This document shows, piece after piece, positions 55,379 through 61,010 of a stretch of 61,010 nt of DNA. The stretch covers positions 1 to 61,010 of the IMG/VR virus record IMGVR_UViG_3300042465_004246, one strand, 5' to 3'. Origin of the DNA: a virus. Its lineage: Duplodnaviria > Caudoviricetes. The translations under genes and the position numbers were made by a program. The notes under the pieces are model-generated. The model did no database searches and was not told where the DNA came from. It was given only the letters and a program-made list of their open reading frames with translations. Position 1 is the first letter of the stretch; the number at the start of each line of letters is the position of its first letter.

Positions 55379-55683
55379 GGTAATGGTGTATCAATTGGTT
55401 TTTTTGGTGGATTCTCTTTTGTGTAAATATCAGTATCTATAAAATCTATAATATCTGCAATATTTACTAAATTCTTTATCCAATCTACAACTAAGTCATT
55501 AGTTAAATCTTCATAAGGAATAAATACTTTTTCATCTACAACAAAAGTTTGACTTCCTGCTATAGTAGATATATAACTTCCCTCTGTGCCTACTACATTG
55601 TAATCTGCTACTATTACACAATTCTCTTTATCGCCTACAGTTTCTGTATACAATCCTGTTACTGTCCATTTATATCTTACCAT
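55363..55683 (-). CDS. Fibre-associated protein
   Basis: YKWTV...FIPYEDLT...V.DWI...PLPW pattern, often found next to phage fibre genes. Confidence 0.7.
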   Translation of the reverse strand: MVRYKWTVTGLYTETVGDKENCVIVADYNVVGTEGSYISTIAGSQTFVVDEKVFIPYEDLTNDLVVDWIKNLVNIADIIDFIDTDIYTKENPPKKPIDTPLPWILK

Positions 55684-55695
55684 TGTTTATGTTTT

Positions 55696-56697
55696 TTATG
55701 CTAAAAGAATTTTTCTTGCTACTCCATTTATTCTTACATTCCATACATTTGCTGAAGTGTTTATCTCTGCTGCTACTGTTCCTGCATTAATCGATGTGCT
55801 ACCTACAACAAATTGATTATTTGCTGTTGCTGTTGCTAAAAACCCTAAGATAACACTTCCTGAAAAATTACCTGAAGATGTACTTACACCAATACTTGTA
55901 TTTTCAGATCCTATCGAATTGCCAGATAAACAAGATGACCCAATAGCTGTGTTATTTCCACCTGAAGAATTACTTTGTAAAGCACCATGACCAACAGCTG
56001 TGTTATTTGTTGAGAGTGCGGCATTTAGTGCAAAATTTCCAACAGCTGTGTTTTGGAAGCCACTTGTATTAGTTTCCAAGGCACCTGATCCAATAGCTGT
56101 ATTTGATTCTCCTGATGTATTTGTTTTTAAAGCATTTGCCCCAATAGCTGTATTATTTACGTGTGTCCCTGATGTAACACCTTGATAAGCTCCTCTACCA
56201 AAAATAGTATTTGTACTTTGACCTCCCTTGCCATGATTAAATACACTAAGGTCATCTGTACATTGTAGGCTTGATGTTCCATTTGAATTTTGTACTAATA
56301 GTGAAGTAGTAGCACTTGTCGCTGCTGTTCCTTTTATATGCATTCTTGCTGTAGGTACATTCTGCCCTACTCCTAATCTATTATTAGTATCATCAAAAAA
56401 TAAGTTTGAGGCATCTGAACTAAATGCTGAGCCATTTGAAAACTGAATAGCACCTGCCACTCCACTTGGAGATGCACTTACTACTAAGTCTCCACTGCCT
56501 AAAATTGTAGTGCTGTTAATGGTCTTTATGTTAGTTCCACTTACTAGAGTAGCTTGTAACCCACTCTTTATGTTTGCACCTGTTACTGACTTACTAACAT
56601 ACCCACCTAAACCGTCACTTTCGCTAATCTCTACTAAATCTGTAGCAGCTAATGCTGCACCCTTTGCTGTTAATTGACTAATCTTTTTATCTGCCAT
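55696..56697 (-). CDS. Fibre/spike protein with NTA(I/V)G..AL beta-roll repeats
   Basis: MADKKISQL N-terminus; LVSGTNIKTIN; 14-aa NTAIG repeats. Confidence 0.8.
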   Translation of the reverse strand: MADKKISQLTAKGAALAATDLVEISESDGLGGYVSKSVTGANIKSGLQATLVSGTNIKTINSTTILGSGDLVVSASPSGVAGAIQFSNGSAFSSDASNLFFDDTNNRLGVGQNVPTARMHIKGTAATSATTSLLVQNSNGTSSLQCTDDLSVFNHGKGGQSTNTIFGRGAYQGVTSGTHVNNTAIGANALKTNTSGESNTAIGSGALETNTSGFQNTAVGNFALNAALSTNNTAVGHGALQSNSSGGNNTAIGSSCLSGNSIGSENTSIGVSTSSGNFSGSVILGFLATATANNQFVVGSTSINAGTVAAEINTSANVWNVRINGVARKILLA

Positions 56698-56708
56698 TGT
56701 TTATGTTT

Positions 56709-56837
56709 TTATTCTATTATTCTTTTATCTCCTGTCTCGGTTATTCTATTATCATTATTCTCAGTTACTCTGAAATCAAACAAAGAACTAATAATTGATA
56801 ACCCTTTTACAGCTATATTTATACCTATTTGTATCAT
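56709..56837 (-). CDS. Small fibre-associated protein (42 aa)
   Basis: Manual translation MIQIGINIAVKG...RVTENNDNRITETGDKRIIE. Confidence 0.65.
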   Translation of the reverse strand: MIQIGINIAVKGLSIISSLFDFRVTENNDNRITETGDKRIIE

Positions 56838-57113
56838 TTACCAAAGGGCTAAAATATTTGTAGCTGTTGTGTTTGTACTATAAACTCTAACAACCTGAAT
56901 AGGAACAAATGTTCCAGCAGCAACGCTAGACAATGTAACATCGTTACCACCAGCAGTAAGAACCCTTAAATCTCCTGCTCCACCTACATAAAGGACACAA
57001 GGCCACGCTGATGTATTTGGTGATGCAGTATTGTCTCCAGGATATGGTATGTTAACAGTATCGCTTTTTGTAACAGCCGCTGCTACACTAACTTGTAATT
57101 TTAAATTTGCCAT
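56838..57113 (-). CDS. Head spike-base-like protein (RcGTA Rcc01079-like)
   Basis: AAAVT.SD...LYVGGAGDLRV...AGT.VP(I)QV.RV..T.TTAT.I.AL. Confidence 0.7.
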   Translation of the reverse strand: MANLKLQVSVAAAVTKSDTVNIPYPGDNTASPNTSAWPCVLYVGGAGDLRVLTAGGNDVTLSSVAAGTFVPIQVVRVYSTNTTATNILALW

Positions 57114-57119
57114 GTCTAT

Positions 57120-57380
57120 TTATTTTTTAGTACTTTTTCCATTTGCCCCATTTCGAGCTCTGTTTTTCGATGGGCTTTCCTTTACAAAGGTACCATTTTT
57201 TTTCTTACTTACATCAGGACCTCCCTTGCCGTCAATACCAAGCTTCCTACGTTCCTTAACGTGTTCTGATCGGTACTTAATCTGCTCTTCCTTCTTGTTT
57301 AATTCTCGCTGGTACTCCCTATGCTTCTCCGCTGCCTTCGGGTTCTTCTCGTAGTACTTCGATGTTTTGCTCTGTCCCAT
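57120..57380 (-). CDS. Basic degenerate HNH-like protein
   Basis: G.G..DVS.KK.G....ESPSKNRARN, with Lys where His is expected. Confidence 0.55.
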   Translation of the reverse strand: MGQSKTSKYYEKNPKAAEKHREYQRELNKKEEQIKYRSEHVKERRKLGIDGKGGPDVSKKKNGTFVKESPSKNRARNGANGKSTKK

Positions 57381-57531
57381 AAAATATTTTGTTTATTAGT
57401 AAATCTGGATTATTTAACATTTCCTGTCGCTGCTTACAGCCACAGTCTTCCCCGACTAGCTTGTCTAGACCAGTCGCCTTCGTTATTGAGGCAATCGTGT
57501 CACCAAGCCCCTTGTTTTTTAGTATTAACAT
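57319..57531 (-). CDS. Hypothetical protein (GLGDT...CGC family)
   Basis: KGLGDTIASITKATG...DCGC..RQE.LN. Confidence 0.7.
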   Translation of the reverse strand: MLILKNKGLGDTIASITKATGLDKLVGEDCGCKQRQEMLNNPDLLINKIFYGTEQNIEVLREEPEGSGEA

Positions 57532-57538
57532 ATATCTT

Positions 57539-58105
57539 TTATTTATAAAACATTACATAAACCATTCTTCCAGCTGCCCATCCGATATTCGGGTACTTGC
57601 TGTGAAAGTAATTGCATGGGTAACACACCGCCCTGTTGATCTTATATCCAACGACAGACTGTAAGTCCCACTTTGACAAATCATTTGAGTCATTTAAAAG
57701 CATTCCGTCAAAATCTTCAAATGATACCCCATCGTGTAGGCTATCACCATACTCTCTGTGGCTCCAAAATGCGGTGCCATGTAAACCCGTCATTTTGCTT
57801 GGTGAAATATTTAGGACAAGTGCCCTGGTTGGTCTCTCACCATTTATTATAGAGTCAGCGTGTATTCTCCAGTCAGTGTCTAACTCATCTGTAGCTAATC
57901 TAAAAAAACTGAGCACAGACTTTCTTTCTACACCCTCTATCGAACTAACCCTGTCAAGGACAATCTTGTTAAACTCTGGAGTGCTAAATTGTACCCAAAA
58001 ACTTTTGTCTCCAACAACTACCTCCTCAAAATCATTCTCTAATAACTTATTATAAGTATTAAATAAAGTTAAGTCATCTAAGAAATTATCAACTATGTTT
58101 ATCAT
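57539..58105 (-). CDS. 2OG-Fe(II) oxygenase superfamily protein
   Basis: IHAD (HxD), GTAFW, NRAVCYP..YFH, terminal GR.V.VMF. Confidence 0.85.
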   Translation of the reverse strand: MINIVDNFLDDLTLFNTYNKLLENDFEEVVVGDKSFWVQFSTPEFNKIVLDRVSSIEGVERKSVLSFFRLATDELDTDWRIHADSIINGERPTRALVLNISPSKMTGLHGTAFWSHREYGDSLHDGVSFEDFDGMLLNDSNDLSKWDLQSVVGYKINRAVCYPCNYFHSKYPNIGWAAGRMVYVMFYK

Positions 58106-58401
58106 CCCTTAATCCATTTTTTGCTAGGGCTCTTTGTGTCACTTGGTGACCACTTAACCTTGTCTGCCCAATATGCAGCACTCATCTTTCCCTTAGCAAT
58201 ATTCTTTGCATGACGGCTCTTAAACGCCTCACGCTGACCAGTCGTCTGATTGGTCTTTACTCCCTGCTGACCAAAACGAATGAGCTTTACCTGATCACCC
58301 GACTTAGCAACCACGATATGGCTCTTAGTCGGATGACTTGGTGTTTTCTTAGGCTTATTAAAACCTTCGACTCCAGCTCGCTCTAATCTAGGGTCTTTCA
58401 T
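58102..58401 (-). CDS. Conserved basic phage protein (IRFGQQG...FKSRH...SAAYW)
   Basis: Recognisable motif of unknown function. Confidence 0.8.
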   Translation of the reverse strand: MKDPRLERAGVEGFNKPKKTPSHPTKSHIVVAKSGDQVKLIRFGQQGVKTNQTTGQREAFKSRHAKNIAKGKMSAAYWADKVKWSPSDTKSPSKKWIKG

Positions 58402-58868
58402 TTTTTATTTATTTTTTTATCTTTTACAACTCTTCTAACAGGTTGTCCCTTATCGTTCATTCTAGTTCTTGACATACTTGTTCCGCCTCCAGGCATATTA
58501 AACCTCTCAGTCTCAACAGTTCCGCCAGAAATAGTAGGTCTAATAGTTAGTGTACCAGGTACCTCTTGTCCGTCAAATTCTCTAGAAATACCGTAACGTT
58601 TCTTGTTAAATATATCAATAGCCGAATTCTTCATTGGCATATTGTCTTTTTCTTCTAAATTAATTATACGGTTCTCAAGGTTCACTGCTCTTCCTGATAA
58701 TCCTTCTGCATATGGATTCATTAACTCATCGTCATTTACTTTTTTGTAGCCTGACTCTATTTTTTGTTGTCTCAAAAGAGAATTTAATTTATCAATAGCC
58801 GCATTTTTTATTGGCATTGCATCCTTCTCTTCTTGAGAAAATCCTTTTGATTCTCCGTTTTTTCTCAT
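58398..58868 (-). CDS. Hypothetical protein with internal repeat
   Basis: EEKDAMPIKNAAID / EEKDNMPMKNSAID; start likely MRKNG. Confidence 0.7.
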   Translation of the reverse strand: MRKNGESKGFSQEEKDAMPIKNAAIDKLNSLLRQQKIESGYKKVNDDELMNPYAEGLSGRAVNLENRIINLEEKDNMPMKNSAIDIFNKKRYGISREFDGQEVPGTLTIRPTISGGTVETERFNMPGGGTSMSRTRMNDKGQPVRRVVKDKKINKK

Positions 58869-58876
58869 TTTTTTAT

Positions 58877-58903
58877 TATCTTTGATATTATAATGCAAAT
58901 ATA
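58877..58903. promoter_or_regulatory. Overlapping divergent -7 boxes
   Basis: TATCTTTG (+, 58877-58884) and TATATTTG (-, 58896-58903). Confidence 0.65.
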
Positions 58904-58909
58904 ATCAAA

Positions 58910-59425
58910 ATGATTCAAAGAAGAGTAAGAAAACAAAAAAAAGAAATCGTAGTTAGGTCAGAGGTTAAGCATGACTTCCTTAAGAATTGGGGACTGGTAC
59001 GAAAGTTTACAATGTACGAGTACGACATAAAAAAGGTAAACGACCTTGAGATGATACTCTACCTATATGGTGAGCACCTATTCAACAGGACAACATTTAG
59101 AGAGTACGCCAACTTCATGCCATGGGACAAGGATAGATTTAATAGGCTGTATAGATATGGATTCATATCAAAGTGGAGGACAAAGGGATTTGGTGAGGCT
59201 GAACTATTCGAGCTGTCACCAATGGCTAAAAAGATGGTGTCTGGGATGCATAAAAAGCTGCTCGGTATAGATATGTTCCCTGAGACAAACTTACGAATCT
59301 ATAATCAGACAGCCACCTTTTCACAAAAAACAGTGGCAATAGCCGTCAAAAGATTTAACAATAAACTTAAAGAACGCAAACAACGTCCTTCTCCTGAATC
59401 ACCGACATCCTTTGGTCGCCTATAA
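58910..59425 (+). CDS. Winged-helix (MarR-like) DNA-binding protein
   Basis: LEMILYLY...FNRLYRYGFISKW...LFELSPMAK; only credible + strand gene in the late arm. Confidence 0.65.
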   Translation: MIQRRVRKQKKEIVVRSEVKHDFLKNWGLVRKFTMYEYDIKKVNDLEMILYLYGEHLFNRTTFREYANFMPWDKDRFNRLYRYGFISKWRTKGFGEAELFELSPMAKKMVSGMHKKLLGIDMFPETNLRIYNQTATFSQKTVAIAVKRFNNKLKERKQRPSPESPTSFGRL

Positions 59426-59624
59426 GCACATCGTGCCCAGATACCTTGTCAAATAGTATAACGTCACCACTAGATATTCCATCTATATTAGCACCAGTCT
59501 CTATGACTGTTGCCTTGTGGTAACGCATGTCCTTGGAGTCGTCACCGCTGAGTATTAATCCACTCTTGGACTCTCTCTGCTCGAATACCCTCTCTATTAA
59601 TATAAATCTATTTAGAACCTTCAT
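59367..59624 (-). CDS. groES: Co-chaperonin GroES
   Basis: Mobile loop SKSGLIL, GDVILFDK..G, EKDVV; directly downstream of groEL. Confidence 0.9.
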   Translation of the reverse strand: MKVLNRFILIERVFEQRESKSGLILSGDDSKDMRYHKATVIETGANIDGISSGDVILFDKVSGHDVLIGDQRMSVIQEKDVVCVL

Positions 59625-61010
59625 AGTCTCTTATGTTTGTTATTATTGCGTCTGTACTCATTATTGTGGTTGCAACAGACACAGCATTCATCAATGCATT
59701 TCTTGTCACCTTAGTTGGGTCAATAATACCCATACCGATCATGTCACCGTAGCACTCGTTCTTCACGTCATACCCGATATTTCTACCGATTGGCATTTCA
59801 GATAAAATTAGTTCAGGATTCTTTCCAGAGTTCAACACGATCTGCTTGAATGGAGACGCAACAGCGTTTAACATTATCTTTTCAGCCGTAGTACTTACAT
59901 CTGGAAACTCAAGGTCAAATGCATCTATCAATGCAATCCCTCCGCCAGGAAGGATTCCGTCCTCTAGTGCAGCCTTTACAGCACACACAGCATCGTCAAT
60001 ACGGTCCTTCTTTTCTTTTTGCTCAATGTCGCTAAGTGCACCAACATATATGATACCAATTCCACCAGACATGTTTGCGATTCTCTCGTTTATAAAGTTT
60101 ACCTCGTTAACGTCTGTAGTCTCAGCAATTGATTCCTTTAACACCTGAATGTTCTTGTCTATCGCATCAGTCATAGCTGGTAACGGCATAAATAAGGTCA
60201 TGTCCTTGTTGACAATAACCCTAGAAGCACGACCAAGGTCCTCAACCTCAATAACAGATAGATCGTCACCAGTGTCCTCAGAGAAGTATGTTCCTCCCAA
60301 CGAAACAGATAAGTCAAACAACAGGTCCTTGCTCCTGTATCCAAATGATGGTGGGATTATGTTGCAGGCCTTTATCTTGCCCTGTGCAACGTTCAAGTTT
60401 AACGTGTTTAGTGCAGATGCACTCAGCTGACCGATGATTAGTAACGACTTATTAGATGATATAACATGAGCGATAACCTTCTCTATGTTTAGTATGTTGG
60501 ATATCTCGTGGTCCGTGATCAATACATACGGATTGTCAAGTACACACTCCTGCTTTTTTTGATCAGTGATGAAGTACTTAGAAGAGAACCCCCGATCTAT
60601 CTTCATTCCACTGATTATCTCTACATGTGTGCTTGGAGTCTGACTGTTCTCAACAGTAACAACGTTAACCTTGCCAAATGTGTCAGCGATCATCTTGCCA
60701 ACCTCCCTGTCGTTATTCGCAGAGATGGTAGCAACGTCAAGTAGCTTCTTTCCACTTAATTTCTTGGACATCTTACTCAACCTTGAGCAAATTTTAGTCG
60801 TTATCTCAGATATCTCACGTATCACCTCTGTAATATTGTCGGCACTGTCGATAATATTGTCAGCGTTGTCAATTATAGACTCTGCCAACACAATTGCCGT
60901 TGTGGTTCCGTCTCCAGCAACAACAGCAGTGCGATCAGCTGCCTGTCGCATCATCATTACAGCTAAATTTTCAGTGGGATCGTACAGATTGATCGACCTA
61001 GCGACCGTTA
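59608..61010 (-). CDS. groEL: Chaperonin GroEL, 3' part
   Basis: GDGTTT, TISANND, GMKIDRG, KDRIDDAV, LPGGG, GIIDPTKVTR. Confidence 0.95.
   Translation of the reverse strand, partial: TVARSINLYDPTENLAVMMMRQAADRTAVVAGDGTTTAIVLAESIIDNADNIIDSADNITEVIREISEITTKICSRLSKMSKKLSGKKLLDVATISANNDREVGKMIADTFGKVNVVTVENSQTPSTHVEIISGMKIDRGFSSKYFITDQKKQECVLDNPYVLITDHEISNILNIEKVIAHVISSNKSLLIIGQLSASALNTLNLNVAQGKIKACNIIPPSFGYRSKDLLFDLSVSLGGTYFSEDTGDDLSVIEVEDLGRASRVIVNKDMTLFMPLPAMTDAIDKNIQVLKESIAETTDVNEVNFINERIANMSGGIGIIYVGALSDIEQKEKKDRIDDAVCAVKAALEDGILPGGGIALIDAFDLEFPDVSTTAEKIMLNAVASPFKQIVLNSGKNPELILSEMPIGRNIGYDVKNECYGDMIGMGIIDPTKVTRNALMNAVSVATTIMSTDAIITNIRDYEGSK
60777..61010. repeat. Terminal direct repeat, copy 2
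   Basis: Matches 1-234 with two substitutions. Confidence 0.97.

Noticed and set aside
55696-56697. Diversity-generating retroelement target in the fibre gene
   Set aside because: No reverse transcriptase gene and no template/variable repeat pair seen.
57120-57380. Active HNH homing endonuclease
   Set aside because: The expected catalytic His is replaced by Lys (DVSKKK), and there is no intron or insertion context.

Overview
The window is an apparently complete, circularly assembled genome of about 60,776 bp from a tailed dsDNA phage. Bases 1-234 are repeated at 60777-61010, and groEL crosses the join. The host is very likely Bacteroidota (Flavobacteria-like): TAnnTTTG -7 promoter boxes precede many genes, Shine-Dalgarno sites are absent, and a DUF3127 SSB and a BT4734-type primase are present. 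The gene order resembles, from recall, podovirus-like Cellulophaga phi38:1-type phages. The + arm (about 2750-19727) holds small early genes, recombination genes, a primase-helicase, an SNF2-like helicase, a VRR-NUC nuclease and a phosphoesterase. The - arm holds groEL/groES, fibre and lysis genes, terminase, portal, scaffold, capsid, tail genes, ejection proteins and a 3800-aa polyvalent protein. I found no integrase, DNA polymerase, RNA polymerase or canonical tRNA. Highlights: (1) a Cys-rich tail-module protein with four poly-Thr tracts, translationally coupled to a DxD glycosyltransferase resembling peptide O-glycosyltransferases, a candidate virion O-glycosylation system; (2) an intact type I hammerhead ribozyme and two tRNA-like folds in the early transcript; (3) a conserved TAAAACCTAGAACTTATG junction between early genes that also precedes the capsid gene; (4) a small basic gene nested out of frame in the giant gene; (5) domain modules of the giant protein bounded by IKF(Q/R/K)K linkers; (6) an integron-like attC cassette. 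All family assignments come from motif recognition by eye, not database searches.
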